Virus record (IMG/VR): IMGVR_UViG_3300027747_002221 | Span: 62,001 to 126,000 of that record | Reading direction: 5' to 3' (one strand) | DNA: 64,000 nt | Part shown: positions 1 through 9,052 of the stretch, one piece after another | How the letters are laid out: each line of letters opens with the position of its first letter | Numbering within the stretch: the first letter of the stretch is position 1 | Translations under genes and position numbers: made by a program | Notes under the pieces: generated by a model | Seen by the model: only the letters and a program-made list of their open reading frames with translations | Databases searched by the model: none | Told to the model about the DNA's origin: nothing

Positions 1-403
1 TCATCCCGGCATATGTACTAACAATATCGTGTTCTTGGACACCATATTTTCTAAGACTAATACCCTTTTGCATATTGATCCAACTACTACAAGTATTTAA
101 TCTAACATTGCCTGATAAAAATAAAACAGGGACACCATCTTGCCAGGCATTTAATACAGATGTAGCACAGTTAGTTCCCGCACATCCTGTTGTAGGATTG
201 ACTACTGAGAGTTCACCTGTAAATTTACTCTCACCAATAGCAGCATGACCGGCACCTTGTTCATGATGATAACAGATATAACCTATCTTACCGTGCTTAA
301 TAAAACCATCGTTTAATCCGCTAGCACCCCCGCCCATTAACCCATGGACTTTAGTAATACCTTGCTGGTATAAGTAATTAGCAATCCAATCGCATACTCT
401 CAT
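1..403 (-). CDS. Thiamine-pyrophosphate-binding protein (acetolactate synthase-like / YerE-like), N-terminal part, runs off window
   Basis: Not in ORF track; my translation from ATG at 403: MRVCDWIANYLYQQGITKVHGLMGGGASGLNDG...CYHHEQGAGHAAIG...VVNPTTGCAGTNCATSVLNAWQDGVPVLFLSGNV = TPP-enzyme N-terminal (Pyr) domain with HE motif. Confidence 0.85.
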   Translation of the reverse strand, partial: MRVCDWIANYLYQQGITKVHGLMGGGASGLNDGFIKHGKIGYICYHHEQGAGHAAIGESKFTGELSVVNPTTGCAGTNCATSVLNAWQDGVPVLFLSGNVRLNTCSSWINMQKGISLRKYGVQEHDIVSTYAGM

Positions 404-410
404 ATTTTTC

Positions 411-1733
411 CTAAGTAAATAAACCCATAAATCCATCTACAACTTCACCAATATATTCAATTTGTTCGGGTGTAATAACTGGACTTGTTCCATGGAAGAA
501 TGTGTTTGTCATAACCATTGTTGCAATAGGGAAATTTGCTTTAGCATCTGCAGGATCCATAATATGAGAATACGCAGGTTGTAGCATAATATTACCAGCA
601 AAATATGGCCTTGTCTGAATAAGTTTCTCTTCTAAGTATTCCACAATATCACTTCGTGTAAAAGGAGAACCTTTACGAATAGTTAAGGGGAATGCAAACC
701 AACTGGGATCAGAATGTTCTTGTGGTCTAGGCAAATGGAAATACTCTTCATACTTACTATAGATATCAAATAACAATTTATAGTTACGTCTGCGTAGGAA
801 ATGAATCTGATCTAATTTTTCTAGTTGAACTAATCCCATTGCTCCCTGCATTTCAATTGGTTTTAAATTATAACCAATTTCATCATACACATACTTGTGG
901 TCAAATATTTCACCCGGCATTGTAGGAATCCATTCTTGGAATCGTTTACCGCAAGTACCACACTTTAGTTTGTTGGCTTCAGGACCTACACAATAACAAC
1001 CTCTGCCCCATTCTCTAAATGATCTAGCAATAACTTCTGTCTCATAAGTTTTACATGCTACAAATCCGCCCTCACCCATAGTCATATGATGTGCAGGATA
1101 AAAAGAACAAGATGCCATTTCACCAAATGATCCTAATGGCTTGCCGTCATAAGTACTACCTAAAGCATCACAACAATCTTCCAATAAGATTAAATCATAC
1201 TTATTAACTAATTCCATAACCCATCTCATATTAGGAGGATTGCCTAATACGTGAGCAAATGTAATTACCTTAATATTATGTTGCTTAATTAATTCTTCTG
1301 CTTTGGTTAAATCTAGATTAAGTGTGTCTAATTCAATGTCTAAAAATACAGGTTCAAACCCTAGTTGTAATGTAGGGTTTAGCGTTGTAGGAAATCCTGC
1401 GATTGGCATTAATACTTTAGTACCTTTAGGTAAATTATAACCTCTTTTAGAAGTCAATGTAGCCATCATAAGTAGATTGGAACTTGATCCTGAGTTTGTT
1501 AAGATACCGCGTTCTTTACCAAACTGTTTAGGGAATTCCTTCTCAAACTTTAATGACTTGTCCCCCATAACTAACCAACCATCGAGTAAAGTATCTATGA
1601 CAGACAAATACTCGTGTTCGTCAAAATAGGGGCCTGCGTAATTTACGAAATCTTTACCCGCAGTCCATGTCTTATTTGCTGCCTTATTCTGAAAATAAGC
1701 AGCTACACCATTAATGATATCTTGTTTATTCAT
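411..1733 (-). CDS. rfbH: CDP-4-keto-6-deoxy-D-glucose 3-dehydrase (RfbH/DdhC/E1; DegT family)
   Basis: NSGSSSNLL, EDCCDALG, SFYPAHHMTMGEGG (His in place of the PLP Lys), WGRGCYC..C..C Fe-S motif, YNLKP; start trimmed to MNKQ. Confidence 0.9.
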   Translation of the reverse strand: MNKQDIINGVAAYFQNKAANKTWTAGKDFVNYAGPYFDEHEYLSVIDTLLDGWLVMGDKSLKFEKEFPKQFGKERGILTNSGSSSNLLMMATLTSKRGYNLPKGTKVLMPIAGFPTTLNPTLQLGFEPVFLDIELDTLNLDLTKAEELIKQHNIKVITFAHVLGNPPNMRWVMELVNKYDLILLEDCCDALGSTYDGKPLGSFGEMASCSFYPAHHMTMGEGGFVACKTYETEVIARSFREWGRGCYCVGPEANKLKCGTCGKRFQEWIPTMPGEIFDHKYVYDEIGYNLKPIEMQGAMGLVQLEKLDQIHFLRRRNYKLLFDIYSKYEEYFHLPRPQEHSDPSWFAFPLTIRKGSPFTRSDIVEYLEEKLIQTRPYFAGNIMLQPAYSHIMDPADAKANFPIATMVMTNTFFHGTSPVITPEQIEYIGEVVDGFMGLFT

Positions 1734-1734
1734 A

Positions 1735-2655
1735 TTACCAGTATGCAAAATTAGTTTCTAAAAATTTATAATCCTCGCGCTTCTGCGCACTATCTATGGG
1801 CATAGGATACATCCAATGGTCATTGTACATATTATACCAACCTTTGTAACCATCAACCTTTGTCCATCTATATCCTAGTATACCAAAGAATATTTGTATA
1901 GCTCCACCCGTTTGAATACCTATTTTACCTTGTTGTTTAGCATAGTCTACATAAAAAGGAGACGATGTTGTTGCGCCAGAAAGTAAAACATCATAGTCAT
2001 ATTTAGACATTTCTTCCATAATATAACCGACAGTATCCGACCAACTATTACAACCGGGATATTGTCTATCATCCATCATAGGATGAAATGGACTTCGTAT
2101 AACACCTGCTAGTTCAAAAGGTGCAATTATATCTTTATCCTTGCCCCATATTTGTTTTATACGATTCCATTGATACTTAATTGTTTCTGCGTGCGTGGAT
2201 ATTACTAATACTTTTTTACCCTTGAGGTATTTTGTCCAAGGATCAATACAACCTGGCACATGAGATGCATGACCTAGAATTGCCCCCGGATCCATAACAA
2301 GTATAGAATGCCCAGAATAAATTGGTCTGCCTGCAAAGGTATCATATATGAATTGTTTACTAGGATCGTTGTGCATAGAATTTTCTACATCAACAAATCC
2401 CAATAAATCAGATTGTTTCATTAAGTCAATAGTTGCAGGATAAATGCTATCCAATAGATATTCTACACTTGTAGGAAATACTCCTGCTTGAACTACCGTG
2501 GAATCATTACAAAATTCAGAAGAAGGTTGTTTATTACTTAAGATACATTCTATAATATACTTGGCTGTATTGTCAATACGAAGAATAGATGCAGGATCAC
2601 CTTTAATTAAGGTATCCCTAATTATATCATTCGTTTGTTGATAGCTGATCTTCAT
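1735..2655 (-). CDS. Hypothetical protein, possibly GT-D-fold glycosyltransferase-like
   Basis: 306-aa ORF inside sugar cluster; KGKKVLVIS, DVLLSGA, GKIGIQTGGAIQIFFGILG.RW resemble a family seen in glycan loci. Confidence 0.5.
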   Translation of the reverse strand: MKISYQQTNDIIRDTLIKGDPASILRIDNTAKYIIECILSNKQPSSEFCNDSTVVQAGVFPTSVEYLLDSIYPATIDLMKQSDLLGFVDVENSMHNDPSKQFIYDTFAGRPIYSGHSILVMDPGAILGHASHVPGCIDPWTKYLKGKKVLVISTHAETIKYQWNRIKQIWGKDKDIIAPFELAGVIRSPFHPMMDDRQYPGCNSWSDTVGYIMEEMSKYDYDVLLSGATTSSPFYVDYAKQQGKIGIQTGGAIQIFFGILGYRWTKVDGYKGWYNMYNDHWMYPMPIDSAQKREDYKFLETNFAYW

Positions 2656-3358
2656 AGTATTTTGATAGATTAGTAATGTCTGTTTTAATGAAATAGAATG
2701 CTTCCTTGACGTCTTCTTCTAAGGACTCATACAATTCTGCCATCTCTCTTTCACCTTGATCCTTATTATAATTGGTTCCTGGCGGATGGTCAATAGTATG
2801 TGAATAATCTCGGAGAACTGGTCTTTGACTTAAAAAGCTAAGAGCAGAATAAATTATATCAAAACTCCAACCCATCTTATACGGAGAGAAATCAATTCCT
2901 TTTTCATCTGCCATATTAATAATGTCTTTGTGGATAAACCAACAAGTACAATCTGTATCTGCTACCATTTTAAGATTGGGTTCATCTATATTAAATTGTA
3001 GATCAACTCTGGAAGAATTATACCAAGTATAATCCACATTGGGTGCATAGATTCCCCATTCATAAGTTTCAAAATATTTTTCTGCATCAGCATATAATTG
3101 TTTCCAATTATCGTATGATGCATCACCCTGAATATGAAATAATACGTCACCGTTTTCTTTCTTAAAGATTTCCAAAGCTTTCATAAACTGAGCAGTAAAA
3201 TAACTATCCTCGCCTATGTTATGCCAATCAGGATCGTTATGGTCATCATCACTATTAATTACGATTGGTTCAACTCCCATCCCTCTGAGTTGATCTATCT
3301 TTTTAATTGTTTTGTCGTATTGTCCGCGCCAATTAAATATAAATGTAAGTATTTTCAT
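2627..3358 (-). CDS. Putative glycosyltransferase (GT-A-like)
   Basis: 243 aa; N-terminal beta strand, FHIQGDA (DxD-like), GWSFD, late DHPPG His; sugar-cluster context. Confidence 0.5.
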   Translation of the reverse strand: MKILTFIFNWRGQYDKTIKKIDQLRGMGVEPIVINSDDDHNDPDWHNIGEDSYFTAQFMKALEIFKKENGDVLFHIQGDASYDNWKQLYADAEKYFETYEWGIYAPNVDYTWYNSSRVDLQFNIDEPNLKMVADTDCTCWFIHKDIINMADEKGIDFSPYKMGWSFDIIYSALSFLSQRPVLRDYSHTIDHPPGTNYNKDQGEREMAELYESLEEDVKEAFYFIKTDITNLSKYYEDQLSTNE

Positions 3359-4236
3359 TATTCTCTCATGTCTTGTTTGTTATAAACTACAGACTCAAAC
3401 CAATTTAAAAAATTGTTCAAGATCATATAATCTCTAGGGATGCCTGCTGCTAAAGGAGGCGCTGATATTACTCTGTTATATAGATCCTCATCTGAATCTA
3501 ATCTCATAACAAAATCAATTACTTCTTCATGATTACTAAAATCATGTACATTAATAAAAGATTGAATATTAAAGTCTGATGCTATTGTAGGGCTGCCCCA
3601 ATAGATAGGAATAGTTCTAGCATAAAAAGCATGGAGAATTTTTTCTGTGGCATAACCGGGATAAGAACCAGACTCAAAACATATATTAAATTTACGCTTG
3701 GTCAAGAAATTAATCTTAGCAAGTTCCCCGTCTAGTTTGCTACCTATATTATTGTATAAGCCTCCGCCGCTATCTACCTTCTTTATCTTATTCAATTCTT
3801 TAAAAAATTCATTACGCTCTTCGCAACCTGGATTGCTAACAACAAAAGAACAAAAATCTGTTTTTAGAATTGGATTATGCTCGCCGAGAATGTGATAATA
3901 CTTATGCCCAGTGTTGTGAATAGCATCTAATGCCCACATATAAACTACGAACAAGGGTAAGCGGAAATGCCAATTACTATAGTTATGATCAAAAGTAATT
4001 GCATAATGACAGTCATAATTGTCTGGTCTTTGATTCTCACCTGTATAGAAAATCTTAACACAATCCGATTTACTAAATTTTTTATTATTTGTTCCAAAAT
4101 TACTATCACCGAAGATCAAATAATCAGGATTTTCATTATCTATTTCCACATCAAATCTATTTGCCAATAGACTATGGAAGAATTGTGATATATGCTCGTG
4201 CGTGTCAGCAAAACCTAATTTTATTTTTTTACTCAT
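3358..4236 (-). CDS. Alpha-1,3/4-fucosyltransferase (GT10)
   Basis: KIFYTGEN, FCSFVVSN, VDSGG, KFNICFES.SYPGYATEKI..AF.A.TIPIYWG = GT10 motif as in Helicobacter FucT. Confidence 0.9.
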   Translation of the reverse strand: MSKKIKLGFADTHEHISQFFHSLLANRFDVEIDNENPDYLIFGDSNFGTNNKKFSKSDCVKIFYTGENQRPDNYDCHYAITFDHNYSNWHFRLPLFVVYMWALDAIHNTGHKYYHILGEHNPILKTDFCSFVVSNPGCEERNEFFKELNKIKKVDSGGGLYNNIGSKLDGELAKINFLTKRKFNICFESGSYPGYATEKILHAFYARTIPIYWGSPTIASDFNIQSFINVHDFSNHEEVIDFVMRLDSDEDLYNRVISAPPLAAGIPRDYMILNNFLNWFESVVYNKQDMRE

Positions 4237-4245
4237 TTAATTTCC

Positions 4246-5028
4246 TCAATACTTATTTCTATACTCAATTTGTATCCATCGTCTATCATTCCATTCACAA
4301 TTTATTTGTGCATCATGTTTTATCATAATATTATGAAAGAATAGATCTGCAGATGTTTGATCAACCATACTATCTACAATGCATTGGAAAAAACTTCCTA
4401 CTGCGTGTATCTCTTTTGCTCGCTTTATTAAGTCGACAAAATCAAAAACATTATTAGTTACACCCATTTGTATTTTAACTACTTTAAGATTTTTGTGTTT
4501 AGATACTTGATCTAAAGCTAACGGTAACTGAGAACTAATACTACTATTATCATGTACTAGAATAAAATCTTCTTCATTAGTTAATTGCTTATAAATTTCT
4601 AAGGATCTTTCTGTGGATTCGGGAATTTTAGCATGAGTATATCTAATAGAGAAATGCATGCCAGCCAATTCATAGAATTGACGATCAAAGTTTGTAGCAA
4701 TGTTTCTCATCTCTAACTCACCCTTAGAATTCATTACTATTCTTCCTGGATAGTATAATAAAGGATCACCGACACCTATATACTCAGATTTAGTATCATC
4801 CACTATCTTTTGTATTAGATGCCTACCATTAAGATTGATGTCTATATCTGGCAATGAAACAGGTTCTACTTTATCAAATCCTTTATATAGAGCATTTATA
4901 GATTCACTAAACATCTTTATATGAGGCACATAAACTTTGTCATAGTCTTCGGTAAACGAATGAACCATGCCATTAGTAATGATATGGTCACCTAACCCAG
5001 TATGAGTGTGTAATACTAAAGAGTTCAT
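4246..5028 (-). CDS. Hypothetical protein, putative glycosyltransferase
   Basis: N-terminal HTGLGDHII and C-terminal AKEIH..SFF resemble GT-B fucosyl/heptosyl-transferase-like motifs. Confidence 0.45.
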   Translation of the reverse strand: MNSLVLHTHTGLGDHIITNGMVHSFTEDYDKVYVPHIKMFSESINALYKGFDKVEPVSLPDIDINLNGRHLIQKIVDDTKSEYIGVGDPLLYYPGRIVMNSKGELEMRNIATNFDRQFYELAGMHFSIRYTHAKIPESTERSLEIYKQLTNEEDFILVHDNSSISSQLPLALDQVSKHKNLKVVKIQMGVTNNVFDFVDLIKRAKEIHAVGSFFQCIVDSMVDQTSADLFFHNIMIKHDAQINCEWNDRRWIQIEYRNKY

Positions 5029-5780
5029 CGGTTACCTAAGATACCCGATGCTTTAATTTTTTCTGAAGGCGCACAAAGCATATTTTGCCAATCCACAATG
5101 TGATATTCATAATCCGTTAGACTAGACAATTCTTTTTTAATATTATCCTCGCCTGCCATATTATACTCAATCCAAATCCATGGCCTATGTGCTTCTATAG
5201 TATTAATTGCTCCACGTAATGCTTCACATTCAAAACCTTCAATGTCTAATTTTAAAAAGTCTAATCTAGGAAGTTCCATATAGTCTAAAGGAATAACATC
5301 TACAGAACTATAATCTAACGACCCAGCTGAGTCTGTTGCTTTAATAGTAACCATACCATAATCAGTATTTAAACTATAGTCTACAGGAGATACTTCAGCA
5401 GTAGTTTGTTCACTACCTATTCCTAAATTATATAAAAAGACATTTGGTAATTCATTTAACGCAATGGTTCCGCCCAACGCATAGAATAATTGTTTCTGTG
5501 GTTCAAAAGAAACAACTTTGCTATTTTTTGCCTTTACCATTTGTGCCACAGGAATAGTAAAGAATCCCATATTAGCTCCGCCGTCCACAATAATAGCATT
5601 TTCGGGCAAAGTGTTTATGATTGCGAAGATATTATTTAATTCTTGCTCTATGTGTGTTTTGCCTGTCATCAGCATTACAGATGCCGGATTAGGTGTTGGG
5701 TGACCGGGTGTGCAATTTCTAGGCAAAATAAATTTACCATATGCAGAATCCATTACCATAAAATTGCCTAGTGTGCTCAT
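5025..5780 (-). CDS. FkbM-family SAM-dependent methyltransferase
   Basis: VDGGANMG, SFEPQ, LKLDIEGFE..AL.GA. Confidence 0.88.
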   Translation of the reverse strand: MSTLGNFMVMDSAYGKFILPRNCTPGHPTPNPASVMLMTGKTHIEQELNNIFAIINTLPENAIIVDGGANMGFFTIPVAQMVKAKNSKVVSFEPQKQLFYALGGTIALNELPNVFLYNLGIGSEQTTAEVSPVDYSLNTDYGMVTIKATDSAGSLDYSSVDVIPLDYMELPRLDFLKLDIEGFECEALRGAINTIEAHRPWIWIEYNMAGEDNIKKELSSLTDYEYHIVDWQNMLCAPSEKIKASGILGNR

Positions 5781-6712
5781 ATCATTCCTCGATCTTTTTT
5801 ATACCAATCAATAGTAAGTTTTAACCCGTCGTCAAAACTTGTTTTAGATTTCCATCCCAATTTTTTTAATTTAGTGTTATCTAGTTTGCGTCTTGGTTGT
5901 CCGTTGGGTTTATCCTTATTCCAAACAACCTTGCCTGTAAATCCAAAAGCTTTTGTTAATTTGGTTACAAGTTCTTTGATAGTTAATTCTTCATCACTTC
6001 CGATATTAACAAATTCTTTTTCATTATAATTTTGCATTAACCAAAAGCAAGCATCTGCCAAATCATCTACATATAAAAACTCTCGCGTTGGAGTTCCGTC
6101 ACCCCAACATTCAATACTATCCTCACCATTCTTTATCGCATTATGCATCTTAGTAATAATGCCAGGAATAACGTGCCCATGTTCTGGAATAAAATTATCA
6201 TTAACACCATATAGATTCGCGGGCATACAACTAATAGCATTAAACCCATACTGACGTCTGTAGTATTCGCACATTCTTAAGCCAGCAATTTTAGCAAGAG
6301 CATATCCCTCATTCGATGGCTCAAGAGAAGCTGTAAGAAGATATTCTTCTTTGATAGGTTGAGGAGTAATTTTTGGATAGATACAAGCAGAACCTAAAAA
6401 CAATAATTTTTTAGCGCCACTTCTATATGCCGCATCTATAACATTTGTTTGAATAATTAAATTATCATATATGAATTCTGCGGGGTTAGTTGAATTCCAA
6501 CTAATGCCACCAACTTTAGCAGCACTTAAAATTACATACTCAGGTAACTCTATACTAAAAAAATTCTTGACAGCCCTTTGATCTCGAAGATCTAATTCTG
6601 CCTTTGTCCTAAGAATTAGATTTGTATAACCTTCTTCTTTTAATTTTCTAACAATCGCAGATCCAACTAATCCTTTATGGCCTGCTACATAAATTTTACT
6701 ATTTTTTTCCAT
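5777..6712 (-). CDS. fcl: GDP-L-fucose synthase
   Basis: VAGHKGLVGSAI, AAKVGGI, LGSACIYP, YALAK, NLYG, WGDG.PTREF; start trimmed to MEKN with AAGGA RBS. Confidence 0.95.
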   Translation of the reverse strand: MEKNSKIYVAGHKGLVGSAIVRKLKEEGYTNLILRTKAELDLRDQRAVKNFFSIELPEYVILSAAKVGGISWNSTNPAEFIYDNLIIQTNVIDAAYRSGAKKLLFLGSACIYPKITPQPIKEEYLLTASLEPSNEGYALAKIAGLRMCEYYRRQYGFNAISCMPANLYGVNDNFIPEHGHVIPGIITKMHNAIKNGEDSIECWGDGTPTREFLYVDDLADACFWLMQNYNEKEFVNIGSDEELTIKELVTKLTKAFGFTGKVVWNKDKPNGQPRRKLDNTKLKKLGWKSKTSFDDGLKLTIDWYKKDRGMI

Positions 6713-6719
6713 AAAATCC

Positions 6720-7733
6720 TTAACCAAAATTAATACACATATCCTCTACCAGAGCATCGAAAGTATATTCTGGCTCCCAACCTAAAACGCTCTTAGCTTT
6801 TGAGGGATCACCGAGCAAAGTCTCAACTTCAGCTGGTCTAAAATATTTAGGATCAACTCTAATTATAACTTTACCCGTATTAACATTAATGCCTACTTCA
6901 TTTAATCCTTCGCCTTCCCAACGAATTTTTAGATAGAAATATGGGGCACATTTCTCAATAAAGTCCTTAACCGAATATTGTTTACCTGTAGCAATGACAA
7001 AGTCTTCTGGTTTATCCTGTTGTAACATTAACCACATTGCCTTAACATAATCCTTAGCATGCCCCCAATCTCGTAAAGCATTCAGATTGCCCATATACAA
7101 ACACTCTTGGCGACCTGCACTAATTGCTTCTAAACCATCTACAACCTTCTTTGTGACAAAATTAAATCCACGGCGAGGAGATTCGTGATTAAATAAAATA
7201 CCAGAACAACAAAACATATCATATGATTCACGATAATTCTTTGTGATCCAGTATGCATATAATTTTGCTACACCATATGGCGATCTAGGATAAAACGGAG
7301 TTGTTTCTTTTTGTGGAGTTTCCTGAACTAATCCAAACATTTCTGAGGTAGATGCTTGATATATTTTACAAGTCCTATCCATATTTAAAATTCTAACTGA
7401 TTCTAATATTTTAAGGGTACCTAACGCATCAACAGTTGCAGTATATTCAGGAGTTTCAAATGAAACCTTAACATGACTTTGTGCAGCTAGATTATAAATT
7501 TCCGAAGGATTGTGTTTCTTCAAGACATTCATAATGGATAAGGAATCTGTTACGTCACCATAGTGAAGATGTAATTTTGGATTATTGTAGATGTGGTCGA
7601 TGCGACCTGTGTTCATTGAAGAGCTACGACGGATAATACCATGTACTTCGTAGCCCTTAGATAATAATAATTCTGCAAGATAAGAACCGTCTTGCCCAGT
7701 TATGCCTGTAATCAACGCAACTTTGTTGTCCAT
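6720..7733 (-). CDS. gmd: GDP-mannose 4,6-dehydratase
   Basis: [52 protein letters not shown]. Confidence 0.97.
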   Translation of the reverse strand: MDNKVALITGITGQDGSYLAELLLSKGYEVHGIIRRSSSMNTGRIDHIYNNPKLHLHYGDVTDSLSIMNVLKKHNPSEIYNLAAQSHVKVSFETPEYTATVDALGTLKILESVRILNMDRTCKIYQASTSEMFGLVQETPQKETTPFYPRSPYGVAKLYAYWITKNYRESYDMFCCSGILFNHESPRRGFNFVTKKVVDGLEAISAGRQECLYMGNLNALRDWGHAKDYVKAMWLMLQQDKPEDFVIATGKQYSVKDFIEKCAPYFYLKIRWEGEGLNEVGINVNTGKVIIRVDPKYFRPAEVETLLGDPSKAKSVLGWEPEYTFDALVEDMCINFG

Positions 7734-7761
7734 AGTATAGCCTTAAAATAATTTATAAAAA

Positions 7762-7769
7762 TATTTATA
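7762..7769 (-). promoter_or_regulatory. T4-type late promoter (TATAAATA) upstream of gmd
   Basis: + strand tatttata ~30 nt upstream of gmd ATG; gp55 is present in the window. Confidence 0.7.
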
Positions 7770-7786
7770 TAGTTAAAGATAGGTGT

Positions 7787-7808
7787 AGGGCACCAAGGTG
7801 CCCTTTTT
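7787..7808. terminator. Intergenic hairpin AGGGCACC-AA-GGTGCCCT; T-tract on + strand
   Basis: Perfect 8-bp inverted repeat between AAA gene and gmd. Confidence 0.6.
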
Positions 7809-7826
7809 ATTAGAAATTAAAAAATC

Positions 7827-8993
7827 TTAAAATGCGATTTCGTCATCTATTTCTGTTGGCTCCGGTGAAGAAGCTTCTGATACCGGCGCATTCATTTTAG
7901 CCCAAAGATCCATAAATGCTGTCTTTGTGTCATCATCAAATCGATTAATACAATAATTAATTGCCTCAGTCCGATTTTCAAATATTGAATATGCTTGCAC
8001 AATATTTACCAAACGGCGTGTACTGATAATTTCATCTACACCACCTTCTTTAAAAGTCTTGCGGATAATGTCTGCCCAATTAATTAACTTATCAGCAAAT
8101 TCCGCATCCACTTTACCATAGAATTCCATTTTATTATTGACAATCTTTTTCTCAACAGTTGTACTAGGATATTCTTGTTCAACAGTAATAGGGAAACGCT
8201 CAAGAAATGCCTCATCTAAAATCTGAGCTGCAATAAAACGACCGTCTTCTGTACCTCGACCTTTAGTGTTTGCTGTAGCAATAACATTAAAACCTTGTGC
8301 TGGACGAATAACCTCACCTGTCTTTTTATTGAAGTATGCTTTACCTTCCAACACGCTTTGTAGACACATCAATTTATTAGATCCACGATCAATTTCATCA
8401 ATCAAAAGAATAGCGCCCCGACGCATTGCTGTTAGAACAGGACCTTCACGATAAATTACATTACCATCCTGCAATGTATTGCCACCTATCAAATCCTCTT
8501 CATCTGTTTCCACAGAAACATTAACACGAATACAATCTCGTTTTAACTTAGCAGCAACTTGTTCTACCATAGTAGTCTTTCCATTGCCTGAAAGACCAGT
8601 AATAAAAACAGGATAGAATGTTTTAGATTTTACAATCATTTCCAATTGCTTGAAGAATCCAAACGGAACATAGGTATCATCTTTATCGGGAACTACACTA
8701 TCAATTTCTGTAGTCATTCGCTTTTGTTTGAATGGAAGTACTTGCGCCTGTAATGCGGGAGCCATTTCTTCTTCGTTCACAGTAACTGTCTCACTAGTTG
8801 TATTATATAAATTTAGCATATACATTTTTCCGTTTTTAATGTCTCGGCGTGAGACAAGAAAATGGGGATTAGGTAAGCTGTGTTCAATGCAATAAGAAAC
8901 AATTTGTTCCTTAGTTACACTTGTGCCGTACTTAGCAATTAGTTTTACAACTAATTCTTGTCGGGATTCGTTTGAGAAATGAGATTTAGACAT
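7827..8993 (-). CDS. MoxR/CbbQ-type AAA+ ATPase (phage 'CobS'-like)
   Basis: Walker A GLSGNGKT, Walker B LLIDEID, TANTKG.G, AFLERF, ISTRRL; start trimmed to MSKS with CAGGAG RBS. Confidence 0.9.
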   Translation of the reverse strand: MSKSHFSNESRQELVVKLIAKYGTSVTKEQIVSYCIEHSLPNPHFLVSRRDIKNGKMYMLNLYNTTSETVTVNEEEMAPALQAQVLPFKQKRMTTEIDSVVPDKDDTYVPFGFFKQLEMIVKSKTFYPVFITGLSGNGKTTMVEQVAAKLKRDCIRVNVSVETDEEDLIGGNTLQDGNVIYREGPVLTAMRRGAILLIDEIDRGSNKLMCLQSVLEGKAYFNKKTGEVIRPAQGFNVIATANTKGRGTEDGRFIAAQILDEAFLERFPITVEQEYPSTTVEKKIVNNKMEFYGKVDAEFADKLINWADIIRKTFKEGGVDEIISTRRLVNIVQAYSIFENRTEAINYCINRFDDDTKTAFMDLWAKMNAPVSEASSPEPTEIDDEIAF

Positions 8994-9023
8994 AATATAA
9001 CTCCTGTTCAATGTTCATAATTA

Positions 9024-9052
9024 ATTATAACACCTTTTCCAATAGGTGTCAA
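9024..9052 (-). promoter_or_regulatory. Sigma70-type early promoter TTGACA-17-TATAAT (extended -10)
   Basis: Minus strand TTGACA cctattggaaaaggtgt TATAAT. Confidence 0.85.
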
